This document shows, piece by piece, positions 47,442 through 57,480 of a stretch of DNA of 64,000 nucleotides; position 1 is the first letter of the stretch; each line of letters opens with the position of its first letter. Source of the DNA: Bdellovibrionota bacterium (GTDB lineage Bacteria; Bdellovibrionota_C; UBA2361; JAAYZI01). Position numbers and translations under genes: made by a program. The notes under the pieces were generated by a model. The model made no database searches and was not told the DNA's origin. It was given only the letters and a program-made list of their open reading frames with translations. The stretch covers positions 928,001-992,000 of the forward strand of contig JBMNIF010000002.1 of NCBI GenBank assembly GCA_050950765.1, written 5' to 3'.

Positions 47442-47875
47442 CCGATCCGTTTTTCAGTTTGAGCCCGTTCAAGTGTCCTTAGAGGGTGCTGCCACTGGTG
47501 GGTGGCACCAAATTTTTAACCGCCGCCAAGATTTGACTGATCTGCCCAATCTGAAGGGTAAGCCCCTCAATTAGGACACCCACTTTTTGCTGAAGGGTGG
47601 CACCAAATTCGCCAAACCCCAACTTTTGCTAACATCTTGATATTACTAGCAGCCCTAAAGGGTGGCACCAAATTTTTAACCTCCGTAGAAATCTAGCCGA
47701 TTCGTTTTGCAGTTTGAGCCCGTCCTGTTGTCCCTGAAGGGTGGCACCAATTTTTTAACCTCCGTAGAAATCTAGCCGATTCGTTTTTCAGTTTGAGCCC
47801 GTCCTGCTGTCCCTAGTGGGTGGCTCCACCTACAAAGCCAGCTGATCCTCCCAATCTGAAGGGTGGCACCACTTT
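47415..47875 (+). repeat. Mosaic REP/BIME-like array 2
   Basis: Cores near 47500, 47595, 47660, 47739, 47818 and 47861, joined by 79-bp and 65-bp modules. Confidence 0.9.
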
Positions 47876-47970
47876 TGACTAAAAGTGGGTGTTATTTTTT
47901 AATCGCTTGCGCTATCTTTTGAGGAAGCTTTTGAAAAAGTGAGTGTTAAGTGTCAATGGTAGTGTAAGAG

Positions 47971-49761
47971 ATGGGGAAGATAACTCTAAAAAGTGTATAT
48001 AGAACTCATACCTGTAATGAGCTAGGGGCTAAAGATATCGGTAGCGAAGTAAAACTTTCCGGTTGGATTCAACGAAAACGAGACTTGGGTGGTGTTGTTT
48101 TTGTTGATTTGAGAGACCATTACGGAATTACGCAACTTGTTTTTTCTGAAGCAGATCGTGAACAAATTCAGGATATTCGTACGGAATCTGTTATTCAAGT
48201 TTCTGGTGTCGTTAAACAACGTGAGGTCGCTAATCAAAAAATCACGACAGGTGAAATAGAGGTGCACTGCTCCTCTCTCGAAGTGTTGGGTCCAGCTCAA
48301 ATGTTGCCGTTTCAGATAGCAGAAGATGATAATGCACCTGAAACAACGCGCCTCAAGTATCGATACCTCGATTTGCGACGTGAGAAGTTGCATAAAAATA
48401 TCGTACTACGTTCAAATGTGATTAGAGCTATGCGCGAGATTATGCAGGATCTGGGCTTCTTAGAGTTGCAAACGCCGATTCTAACTAGTAGTTCTCCGGA
48501 AGGCGCACGGGATTTCCTAGTGCCGTCAAGGTTTCATCCAGGGAAGTTCTTTGCCTTACCGCAAGCTCCGCAACAGTTTAAGCAGCTGTTGATGGTCTCT
48601 GGTTTCGACAGATACTTTCAGATTGCGCCGTGTTTTAGAGATGAAGATCCTAGGGCAGATAGATCCCCAGGAGAGTTTTATCAACTTGATATCGAGATGG
48701 CATTTGCAGATCAGGAAGATGTCTTTTCAGTAGTAGAAACGTGCCTTGATGAAGTGTTTGCACGTTTTTCTAAAAATACCTTTACACGCAAACCATTTCC
48801 ACGCATCTCTTTTGCTGATTCTATGGCTTGGTACGGTACTGATAAACCTGATTTAAGGGTTAGTGTTAAGTTGCAGGATGTAACGACGCTCTTTAAGCAA
48901 TCACACTTTAAAGTTTTTGCTTCTGAAATTGCTAACGGAGGTCAGATTATAGCGTTACCGTTTACAGTTGAGGCAGCACCGTCAAGAAAATTCTTTGATA
49001 ACACAGTAGCTGAATTTAAAGACCTTTGCGGAAAGGGGTTGGCGTATCTCATATTTGAAAACGGTGAATGTAGAGGAAGTATCTCGAAGTTTGTTTCTGA
49101 AGAAGAGGTTCAAGCATTAAAAACGGAGCTGCAATTTAAAGAAGATGGTGTAACCGTTGTCTTCCTTGCTGCTGGTGTAGCTAAAGATATTTTACCGTCT
49201 TTAGGTAAGTTGCGAGTTGAGTTGGGTAAACACTTCGATCAGATGGAACGTGATATCTTTAAGTTCTGCTGGATTACTGATTTCCCGATGTACGTACCAG
49301 ATGAGGAGACAGGCGCTGTAACTTTTAGTCATAATCCGTTCTCAATGCCGCAAGGTGGGATGAAAGCTTTAGAAGAACAAGATCCCTTTACTATTCTTGC
49401 TTATCAATATGATGTTGTTTGTAACGGTTTTGAATTGAGTAGCGGTGCTATTAGGAATCATCGACCAGATATAATGTATAAGGCTTTTGAAATCGCTGGA
49501 TATTCACAAGAGGTCGTTGATGAAAAATTCGGCGGTATGATTAACGCCTTTAAATTCGGAGCCCCTCCTCATGGCGGTATCGCCCCTGGTATCGACCGTA
49601 TCGTTATGTTACTTGCTGGAGAACAAACTATCCGTGAAGTTATCGCATACCCTATGGCGCAGACTGTGGAAGACCTGATGATGGGTGCGCCCTCGGTTGT
49701 TTCTGAAAAACAGTTAAGAGACGTGCATATTCAACTCGCCCCAATAAAAGAAGGCAACTAA
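47971..49761 (+). CDS. aspS: Aspartate-tRNA ligase
   Basis: YRTHTC, LKYRYLDLRR, PEGARDF, LPQAPQQFKQLLM and GAPPHGGIAPGIDR. Confidence 0.97.
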   Translation: MGKITLKSVYRTHTCNELGAKDIGSEVKLSGWIQRKRDLGGVVFVDLRDHYGITQLVFSEADREQIQDIRTESVIQVSGVVKQREVANQKITTGEIEVHCSSLEVLGPAQMLPFQIAEDDNAPETTRLKYRYLDLRREKLHKNIVLRSNVIRAMREIMQDLGFLELQTPILTSSSPEGARDFLVPSRFHPGKFFALPQAPQQFKQLLMVSGFDRYFQIAPCFRDEDPRADRSPGEFYQLDIEMAFADQEDVFSVVETCLDEVFARFSKNTFTRKPFPRISFADSMAWYGTDKPDLRVSVKLQDVTTLFKQSHFKVFASEIANGGQIIALPFTVEAAPSRKFFDNTVAEFKDLCGKGLAYLIFENGECRGSISKFVSEEEVQALKTELQFKEDGVTVVFLAAGVAKDILPSLGKLRVELGKHFDQMERDIFKFCWITDFPMYVPDEETGAVTFSHNPFSMPQGGMKALEEQDPFTILAYQYDVVCNGFELSSGAIRNHRPDIMYKAFEIAGYSQEVVDEKFGGMINAFKFGAPPHGGIAPGIDRIVMLLAGEQTIREVIAYPMAQTVEDLMMGAPSVVSEKQLRDVHIQLAPIKEGN

Positions 49762-49771
49762 CCCCGTCTTA

Positions 49772-50812
49772 CTAGAGGGTGGCACTTTTTACGCCGTCCA
49801 GATCTAGCTAGCTCATTTTGTAGTTGCAGCCCGTTCAATCGTCCTTGAAGGGTGGCAGCAAAATCGCCAAACCCCAACTTTTGCTAACATCTTGATATCA
49901 CTAGCATCCCTAAAGGGTGGCACCAAATTTTTCGCCCCAATAAAAGAAGGCAACTAACCCCGTCTTACTAGAGGGTGGCACTTTTTACGCCGTCCAGATC
50001 TAGCTAGCTCATTTTGTAGTTGCAGCCCGTTCAATCGTCCTTGAAGGGTGGCACCAAATTTTTAACCTCCGTCCAGATCTAGCTAATTCGTTTTTTAGTA
50101 TCACCCCGTTCAATCGTCCTTGAAGGGACTTTTAGCTGTTGGGTGGCACCAAATTTTTAACGTCCTTGAAGGGTGGCACCAAATTTATCCAGTCGCCTAA
50201 GCCGTCAAAGCAGCAAAAAAAGAAGGGTAGCACCAAATTTTTAACCTTCGTCGAAATCTAGCCGATTCGCTTTTCAGTTTGAGCCCGTCCTAGCGTCCCT
50301 GAAGGGTGGCACCAAATTTATCCAGTCGACTTTTGCTAACATCTTGATATCACTAGCATCCCTGAAGGGTGGCACCAAATTTTCCTCCAAATTTTTAACC
50401 TCCGTCCAGATCTAGCTAACTCGTTTTGTAGTTGCAGCCCGCAATCGTCCCTGAAGGGTGGCACCAAATTTTTTACCCAGCCTTCCAATTAGGACACCCA
50501 CTTTTAGCTGAAGGGTGGCACCAAATTTTTAACCTTCGTACAGATCTAGCTAATTCGTTTTTTAGTATCACCCCGTTCAATCGTCCTTGAAGGGTGGCAC
50601 CAGATCTGCCAATTTCTAAGTTTTAGCTAACATATTGATATTATTACTAGCCTTGAAGTACTAGCCTTGAAGGGTGGCACCAAATTTATCCAGTCGCCTA
50701 AGCCGTCAAAGCGGCAAAAAAAGAAGGGTGGCACCAAATTTTTAACCTTCGTCGAAATCTAGCCGATTCGTTTTTCAGTTTGAGCCCGTTCTAGCAGCCT
50801 TGAAGGGTGGAG
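49772..50812 (+). repeat. Mosaic REP/BIME-like array 3, about 16 direct cores over 1 kb
   Basis: Cores at about 49777, 49850, 49915, 49973, 50046, 50141, 50171, 50225, 50304, 50367, 50456, 50513, 50592, 50672, 50726 and 50805. Confidence 0.93.
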
Positions 50813-52244
50813 CTACATCTTGCGGAAGGAGGCCTTTTTCGAACTCTTTTCGTAGGGTGCGGATCTCTTCTACCTCTTCCGTTTCTGAAGAGGGGTAGCC
50901 CTCTGTTAACCTTAGGGCGGATAGACAACTACTTTTCGAGTGAGCGGAACCTGCTATCGGGAGTAGCCTCTGATCTTGATCTCGGCGTTTAGCACCGCCG
51001 TTTATCCCTGTTCCTTCTGGAGAGGTGCAGAATTCAGTACCTGCCGAATCGTACGGCGGATAGATATACCAGTTACCATCACGCCCCTTGTAGTGCGTTG
51101 CAAAATGAAAACGGGTGATTGAATTTGTGGCACCGCTGGTAGCGCCTCCCCATTGCGTAGCGTGACAACCATAAAAAGGACAATCTGCATCTGATAAAGG
51201 TGCTCCCGCTAAACTCATGCCGACAGCGCGGCTAAGTTGATGCGCAATAATCCAATACAGATCGATAAAGGTGTCTTGTGTGGCAGGCGCAGAGACCTCC
51301 TTCAGCCGTTGTAAGATCTCAGAATGCGCAACTACTAAAGCATCGTTTATAATAATACGATCAGTCGTGAGTGGCGTGCTTGTAGACCCAGGGATCTTTT
51401 TAGCATACCAAAATGAATCGGTAAGGTGTTGCGGCTTAGTCGAAATCCAAAGACCTCTCTGATCTGATAATTTAGCATCAGATCTATTTTTTGTTAGAGA
51501 CCTGCTAAAATTAGATACGTATTGATCTTCGGTAATAAAATGTAACGCTACTCCACTCTTTTCAAAATAACCTAGACCAAGATTGTCAGGATCGTGAATA
51601 AAAAGATCTTTTTGTAGTGGGTTTGTTGAAATCCAACCAGTGACGGTAAAAAAACCACGATACTCTTCAAATAATGTCAAACCATCACCACGAAAATCGC
51701 TAAGAGGTAGATCGTCATTATCACTATCTTGCAGCGATCTCTGAACGGCGTATTGATCTTCCCAAACATCAGCGATCTTATTTCTGTTGTTATCAACGGG
51801 AATGGTATAGCCCCCTTGCTGTGTTGTCTTGCAAGGTATCCAGACACCGTTCTGTAACGTTTCAGCAGTGATCTCTCCCCAAGCAGCACCATCAAGCGCT
51901 TTTATAATAACAGAAGCCGTTCTTACTTTTGTACGTGTTTCTATGCTAAAGCCGTTAGTAGTTTCGGATGCCTCTAAGAAAGAGCTCTGATTTGGCTTAA
52001 AGATCAGATCAAAATTATCACCATCTCCATAATTAAGAGCCACCCCTTTATAACGTGTTACATTAGATAAATTAAAACGGAAGCGCAGGGGTTGTGGTGA
52101 AGAAGTTTGTGCTGTGATCGTTATCTCGCCATTAGGTCTAGGTCGCCAAGAGTATTCCGGAGCATTCAGAGTAGCAGTAACTTCTGCCTGAACGATTACA
52201 GGTGCAAAGAAAAAAGATATAAGAGCTAGTTTTAAGAGCGACAT
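50775..52244 (-). CDS. Secreted hypothetical protein with a degenerate zincin-like motif
   Basis: Signal peptide, DGLTLFEEYRGF, NPLQKDLFIHD, and IAHQLSRAVG where HExxH would be expected. Confidence 0.65.
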   Translation of the reverse strand: MSLLKLALISFFFAPVIVQAEVTATLNAPEYSWRPRPNGEITITAQTSSPQPLRFRFNLSNVTRYKGVALNYGDGDNFDLIFKPNQSSFLEASETTNGFSIETRTKVRTASVIIKALDGAAWGEITAETLQNGVWIPCKTTQQGGYTIPVDNNRNKIADVWEDQYAVQRSLQDSDNDDLPLSDFRGDGLTLFEEYRGFFTVTGWISTNPLQKDLFIHDPDNLGLGYFEKSGVALHFITEDQYVSNFSRSLTKNRSDAKLSDQRGLWISTKPQHLTDSFWYAKKIPGSTSTPLTTDRIIINDALVVAHSEILQRLKEVSAPATQDTFIDLYWIIAHQLSRAVGMSLAGAPLSDADCPFYGCHATQWGGATSGATNSITRFHFATHYKGRDGNWYIYPPYDSAGTEFCTSPEGTGINGGAKRRDQDQRLLPIAGSAHSKSSCLSALRLTEGYPSSETEEVEEIRTLRKEFEKGLLPQDVAPPFKAARTGSN

Positions 52245-53032
52245 TAGACACTTTTAATGGTTGCTATCGATTCGCCGTATTTTAATAACTGCCCTGCTTT
52301 TAAGGGAAGAGGAGTTATTCGATCGGGCTCAAAGAGTAAAACCACAGTAGATCCGAGTTTAAAAGTTGCCATCTTATCCCCTGCAGAAAGGATCTTGCTG
52401 CCCGACACACCCTCTTTATACTGCAACGAAATACCACCTACATTTAACGCTGCTACCATAATAACGGCAAGTAGCCCCAGATCTGTTTTTAAAATAACGA
52501 TCAACCTCTCATTTCTAGTAAAGAGGTTGTCATAACGGTTTAAAGCCCAGTCGTTAACGGGGAGAAGAGAGCCTGCTACATGAATAACGTCTATTATTTC
52601 TCCACCAAACGGAGCGTGAATATGGTGATAATTTTGCGGAGATAGGTAGAGATTAAAAAAATCACCGTTCATAAAATGGTCTGCATACCGTTTGTCAGAC
52701 ACAAGATCTGATATAGAATAGTTACGTCCTTTAACCTGTTCTATGGTATCATCTTCAATCTTCCCGAAATTACGTAACCTGCCATCCACAGGACTGACCA
52801 CACCATTTTCGATCGCTCTTGCATCCGGTTTTAGATCGCGAATAAAAAAATCTCCGATCGTTCGATACTCCGAGAGTGGCTTAGCTGCTTCTGCAACATC
52901 TATCTTATAAAACTTGGCGAATGCTTTTACGCTCAGTGTTGAAAACGGAGCGGGAAGCTTACAATATGCTGCACGCCCTGCAAAATGGCTGATTAAATTT
53001 GTAATCTTGAACATGGCGGGGTTATAACTCAA
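52244..53032 (-). CDS. psd: Phosphatidylserine decarboxylase proenzyme
   Basis: SPVDG, QVKG, YLSPQNYHHIHAP, RNER and the FKLGST cleavage motif. Confidence 0.93.
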   Translation of the reverse strand: MSYNPAMFKITNLISHFAGRAAYCKLPAPFSTLSVKAFAKFYKIDVAEAAKPLSEYRTIGDFFIRDLKPDARAIENGVVSPVDGRLRNFGKIEDDTIEQVKGRNYSISDLVSDKRYADHFMNGDFFNLYLSPQNYHHIHAPFGGEIIDVIHVAGSLLPVNDWALNRYDNLFTRNERLIVILKTDLGLLAVIMVAALNVGGISLQYKEGVSGSKILSAGDKMATFKLGSTVVLLFEPDRITPLPLKAGQLLKYGESIATIKSV

Positions 53033-53124
53033 ATCATCACAATGATTAAAGTGTCAAAACGAGAAATTTGGAGAGTTATTGGCTTTTTTTAAGTATATTT
53101 CAGATAAAAGGGCAGTGTGGAGGT

Positions 53125-54288
53125 ATGATGATAAGCGATCTTAATCAGAAACTTATTAAAAAGCAGATAAAATTTAATTGGAGTGGGATCTCTACAATTT
53201 TTGATTCTTCACAGGCGCTTTTTAGCTCTGTTGATATCGATCTGGGTACTAGAGCACTTCTAAATTCTCTGCGCAAAAATAAAGAATTAGATCTTTCTCG
53301 AGTTTTGGATTTGGGGTGCGGTTATGGTCCTATCGGGATCTTTCTTAAAAAACAGGATCCAACGCGAGAGATAGTAATGACTGATCGAGATCTACTAGCG
53401 GTTAAGTTCACTCAACACAACGCCCTACTAAACGAAACGGATGTGACGGTGCTTCCTGCCCTTGATTATGAGGGGATTAAAGAAAAATTTTCCTTAATCA
53501 TCACTAATTTCCCAGCAAAATTGGAAAAACAGGGGCTTTTCGGATTTATCGCTAAGGCATCAAGAACACTCTTAGCACAAGGTGTTTTTGCAATAGTTGT
53601 TGTGCAGGAATTATGCGCAGATCTTGAAGATATTTTAGTAGATCTCGGTGATAAGGTAAGGCTCTGCTACCTTGAAAAGAAGAAGGGATACACAATTTTT
53701 CACCTTAAATTTAATGACACTATCGAGGGCGAAGTTAATTATCAAAGAGGTACCCTTGAGCTTCTGAATGAGTACTTACAAGATGATAAGAGGTTAAAAG
53801 TTTTAACGGCACGAGGGTTACCTGAGTTTGATACCTTGAGTTACGATACACAGTTATTGATATCACTTTTAAAAGGCTTCTCGAGTGCTCCGGAGTCGTT
53901 ATATGTTTTGGAATCCGGACAGGGGCACGGTGTTGTCGCTGCTGCATTATTATGTAAATCCATTAAAGAGATCTCTTTAAATAGTAGGGATCTTTTAGCG
54001 CTACGCTTTTCAAAGAGAAATCTTGAAGCGTATTTTGAAGAAACTATACACCTCTTTCCAAAGCCGTATCTCGACACTCTTCCAATAGTAGATCTTCTAA
54101 TCTGGAATGTTAGGAGCAAAAACAATCTAGTTGTGCACGAGGTCAATGCCGCTCTCTTAAAACAAAATAGGGAAAAGATGTTGTTTTATGGAGAAGCTTC
54201 AATTCTTGAGTATCTGATTGCAAAGTACAGCTTTAAATGTATTAAAAAGGTTTATAACAAAGGATACGTTGCGTTATTGGTAAACTAA
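53125..54288 (+). CDS. RsmC/RlmG-like class I SAM methyltransferase
   Basis: LFSSVDIDLGTRALL, VLDLGCGYGPIG and TNFP, followed by a degenerate second MTase domain. Confidence 0.75.
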   Translation: MMISDLNQKLIKKQIKFNWSGISTIFDSSQALFSSVDIDLGTRALLNSLRKNKELDLSRVLDLGCGYGPIGIFLKKQDPTREIVMTDRDLLAVKFTQHNALLNETDVTVLPALDYEGIKEKFSLIITNFPAKLEKQGLFGFIAKASRTLLAQGVFAIVVVQELCADLEDILVDLGDKVRLCYLEKKKGYTIFHLKFNDTIEGEVNYQRGTLELLNEYLQDDKRLKVLTARGLPEFDTLSYDTQLLISLLKGFSSAPESLYVLESGQGHGVVAAALLCKSIKEISLNSRDLLALRFSKRNLEAYFEETIHLFPKPYLDTLPIVDLLIWNVRSKNNLVVHEVNAALLKQNREKMLFYGEASILEYLIAKYSFKCIKKVYNKGYVALLVN

Positions 54289-54437
54289 CCACATTTTTTC
54301 TCTCTTTTTAAAGAGATAAAAATACATTCTGTTTATCGTTAAAAAGAAGTATATTGCGCTCAACTGTTTTTTGAGTTCTTGTTTTGATTATTAGGGCAAG
54401 CAACAGATGTAAAAAACCTCTAAAGTGGGGGAGAGAT

Positions 54438-55931
54438 ATGCGTGTACTTACTTGGTTCTCTATAATTTTGTTGGTGGCGTTTTATATCGTTCAACCTGTC
54501 GATGATCCTGATCTGTGGTGGCATATTACGGTCGGCCGTTGGATCTTAGCTAATGCTGAAATCCCGACAGTTGATCTTTGGAACCGTTTTTCTGATGGAT
54601 CTTTATGGCGAGCCTACTCTTGGAGTAGTGAGGTTCTCTTTGCTCTCTTTGATAAACATTTCGGCATTCAGGGGTTAATGATTTTAAAGATCATAATCAC
54701 TGTTTTGCTAACAGCCTCTCTTTTTTACTGCATGGGACGCATCTCAAAAGATTGGTTTATCGGCGCTTTGTTAGGCACCTTTTCAACAGCGGCTTGCTAT
54801 AATCATCTAACGTTACGACCACAAACGATAGTTTGGATCTTCCTTGCTTGGTTGTTATATCTGTTAAACAAAATTGATAAAGAGGGTCTCTCCCTGTGGC
54901 GTTCCGTTGCACTGGTGGGGATCTTTTGTGCATGGGCTAATACCCATTTAAGTACAGCACTAGGGATAATGACGGTTGTTTTTTGGTTGTACGCTCCTGG
55001 AAGATTAAAGTTAACGTTACAAGCTTTTTTACTTTCTCTCTTTGGAACCCTTATTACCCCGTACTACGGAGGTGAGTGGTTAACGTTTTTTAGTAAAACA
55101 GGTCATCCTTTTAAGATGAATGTTATCGCTGAATTTCAAACAGCTACTATCTTACAACACTCCACAGCATTCTTAATCATTGCAGTAGCGTTATTGATGG
55201 TGTTCCTCTACTTTAATTTGCGTTTAATCAGTGTCGGAAAGATCTTTCTATGTATGATTTTCACGGCAGGCGCTTTAGCTGTTTTAAAGTTTTTGCCGAT
55301 GGCGGTAACAGTGCTGTGCGCTGCTGTGGCAACATGCTGGGCTAATTCTGTAGATGAAAGGGAGAAATTCGGAGGTCTGCCAGAAGGTTTTGAAAAGTTG
55401 CGTAGGTGTTATGATTGGCTACCCTCTTCGGGGCTAACTTTTTTCTGTTGTTGCTTGGCGATCGTCCAAATTTATCCGAAATGGAGAGACCTGCAAACTT
55501 ATACAGCAACACCTGTTGGCTCTGTTGATTTTATACAGGAAAAGAATTTGCCGCATCCTATTATGAGTGGCTTCGGTCAAGGGGGATATCTGATGTATCG
55601 CTTTAGTGATGGTGATGGAAACCTTGAACATAAAGTAGCTATTGATGGCAGGACTAACGTTAATTCGCCAGAAGTTTGGGAAAAGTTCTACGCAGCGCTT
55701 TATCTTAAACATAACTGGAAGGAGTTCTTTGAATTAGTTCAACCAGAAACGGTACTTTGGAAAACAGATACGCCGTTAACGACGTTGCTTTTAGAATCTC
55801 CTGAGTGGTGTCGAGTTCATCTTTTCGGAGATGAGGAGAAGGGCTTCTCTGTTTTTGTAAAAGCAGAATATTTTAAAACTCGTCCTGATCTAACCTCTAA
55901 TGATTGCAAAAGGCTCGATAAAAAAGGGTAG
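54438..55931 (+). CDS. Polytopic membrane protein, GT-C-like
   Basis: DPDLWWHITVGRWI, RPQ, WANTH, EF and GGYL..IDGR with many TM segments. Start at MRVLTW is assumed. Confidence 0.65.
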   Translation: MRVLTWFSIILLVAFYIVQPVDDPDLWWHITVGRWILANAEIPTVDLWNRFSDGSLWRAYSWSSEVLFALFDKHFGIQGLMILKIIITVLLTASLFYCMGRISKDWFIGALLGTFSTAACYNHLTLRPQTIVWIFLAWLLYLLNKIDKEGLSLWRSVALVGIFCAWANTHLSTALGIMTVVFWLYAPGRLKLTLQAFLLSLFGTLITPYYGGEWLTFFSKTGHPFKMNVIAEFQTATILQHSTAFLIIAVALLMVFLYFNLRLISVGKIFLCMIFTAGALAVLKFLPMAVTVLCAAVATCWANSVDEREKFGGLPEGFEKLRRCYDWLPSSGLTFFCCCLAIVQIYPKWRDLQTYTATPVGSVDFIQEKNLPHPIMSGFGQGGYLMYRFSDGDGNLEHKVAIDGRTNVNSPEVWEKFYAALYLKHNWKEFFELVQPETVLWKTDTPLTTLLLESPEWCRVHLFGDEEKGFSVFVKAEYFKTRPDLTSNDCKRLDKKG

Positions 55932-56077
55932 ATTGCGCTAAGTTGATTTTGAAAGTTTAAGATAGTATTTTTATGGTCGTTTTGGTAACATGATCGGCGC
56001 AATTTTTATCTGTTAAAAACACTTTTATGGTAACGGATAAAGTTTTTATACCGATTTTTTTATTGGAGATAATACAG

Positions 56078-56176
56078 ATGGGGAAAGGAGATTTAAGAAC
56101 AAGACGGGGTAAAATTGCTAATTCCAGCTACGGAGTGGCTCGTCCCAAGAATAACAAGAAAAAAGCGAAGAAGTAG
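56078..56176 (+). CDS. thx: 30S ribosomal protein bTHX, 32 aa (not in the ORF track)
   Basis: MGKGDLRTRRGKIANSSYGVARPKNNKKKAKK with a GGAG RBS; matches the THX pattern MGKGD.RT.RGKI...YG..RP. Confidence 0.9.
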   Translation: MGKGDLRTRRGKIANSSYGVARPKNNKKKAKK

Positions 56177-56270
56177 TTTTATTGATTTTAATGATGCTTT
56201 CTCCGTTTCTTGATATTTAGTTGAGCAGAGATTAATTTAGTAAGATTGAGCAACAAACATTGATAATAAT

Positions 56271-57350
56271 ATGACGAAGAGGCGTATCGGAGTCTTAACT
56301 GCTGGGGGCGATTGCCCTGGACTTAATGCAGCTATGCGAGGCATCGGCAAGGCCTGCATAGGGTCTTTTCAGATGGATGTGATCGGTTTTAGGGATGGCT
56401 TTAAGGGGCTGGCGGAAGATCGTGTCACAGATCTTTCAGGTGATGTCTTATCCGGAATCTTAACTATCGGTGGTACAATTCTTGGTACTAGTCGTGATAA
56501 ACCGAAAAAGGTCTTTGTCGACGGTAAGACGGTAGATATGACGGAAGTCATCGTTAATAACTATCGGAAGCACGCCCTAGACGCTTTAGTCTGTATCGGT
56601 GGTGGTGGTACCCAAAAAAATGCGTATCAATTAGTTGAAGAAGGGTTGAATATAATTACCCTTCCGAAAACGATAGATAATGATGTGGTTGAAACAGATG
56701 TTACTTTCGGGTTTGATACCGCTTTAGGGATCGCCACAGAAGCGATCGATCGTTTGCACAGTACGGCTGACAGTCATCATAGAATTATTGTTGTAGAGGT
56801 GATGGGGCATAAAGCTGGTTGGTTGGCACTGGGTGCGGGGATTGCAGGTGGTGCTGATGTTATTTTACTACCGGAGATCCCGTATCACGTCGAAGTTGTG
56901 GCAGAGGCTATCTCTTGGCGTAGAAAACAGGGGAAAACTTTCAGTATTGTTGCCATTGCAGAAGGGGCTTTAAGCCAAGAAGAGTTGGCTAATAAACGAG
57001 ATTACTCTGATGAGAAAGGCAGGAATGATCTCTTTGCTGCCAGTCATGCTTTAGCACTCTCCAAACAACTTGAACAACTGACAGGGTTAGAGTCTCGTGT
57101 AACGATCTTAGGTCATTTACAACGTGGTGGGGCACCCTCTGCTGGAGATAGACTTTTAGCTACGCGACTCGGTACTGCCTGTGCGGAATTTATCGCTGAA
57201 GATCGTTACGGAATTATGGTAGCTGCGAAAGGTGCTGGAGTTGAAGCGGTGCCTCTGGAGAAGGTGGCGGGAAAAAGAAAAACAGTTCCCCTTGATCATC
57301 CGTGGATTAAAAGCGCAAAACACGTCGGAACGTGCTTTGGAGATAGTTAA
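56271..57350 (+). CDS. pfkA: 6-phosphofructokinase (mixed-substrate group)
   Basis: [29 protein letters not shown] and LGHLQRGG. Confidence 0.93.
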   Translation: MTKRRIGVLTAGGDCPGLNAAMRGIGKACIGSFQMDVIGFRDGFKGLAEDRVTDLSGDVLSGILTIGGTILGTSRDKPKKVFVDGKTVDMTEVIVNNYRKHALDALVCIGGGGTQKNAYQLVEEGLNIITLPKTIDNDVVETDVTFGFDTALGIATEAIDRLHSTADSHHRIIVVEVMGHKAGWLALGAGIAGGADVILLPEIPYHVEVVAEAISWRRKQGKTFSIVAIAEGALSQEELANKRDYSDEKGRNDLFAASHALALSKQLEQLTGLESRVTILGHLQRGGAPSAGDRLLATRLGTACAEFIAEDRYGIMVAAKGAGVEAVPLEKVAGKRKTVPLDHPWIKSAKHVGTCFGDS

Positions 57351-57480
57351 AACAAAAGAGAGATCTAAACCACTCCGAGATCTTTAGAGTGTCTCACAGA
57401 CATTGATACCGTTTATATCTAAATTTATAGCGGTGTGTGAAGTGCCTGTTAACTTAAAAAGTAGCAGACACTCCCACCAC

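Noticed and set aside
49772..50812. CRISPR array
   Set aside because: The linkers are reused within and between loci, vary from about 30 to 95 bp core-to-core and recombine; there are no cas genes in the window.
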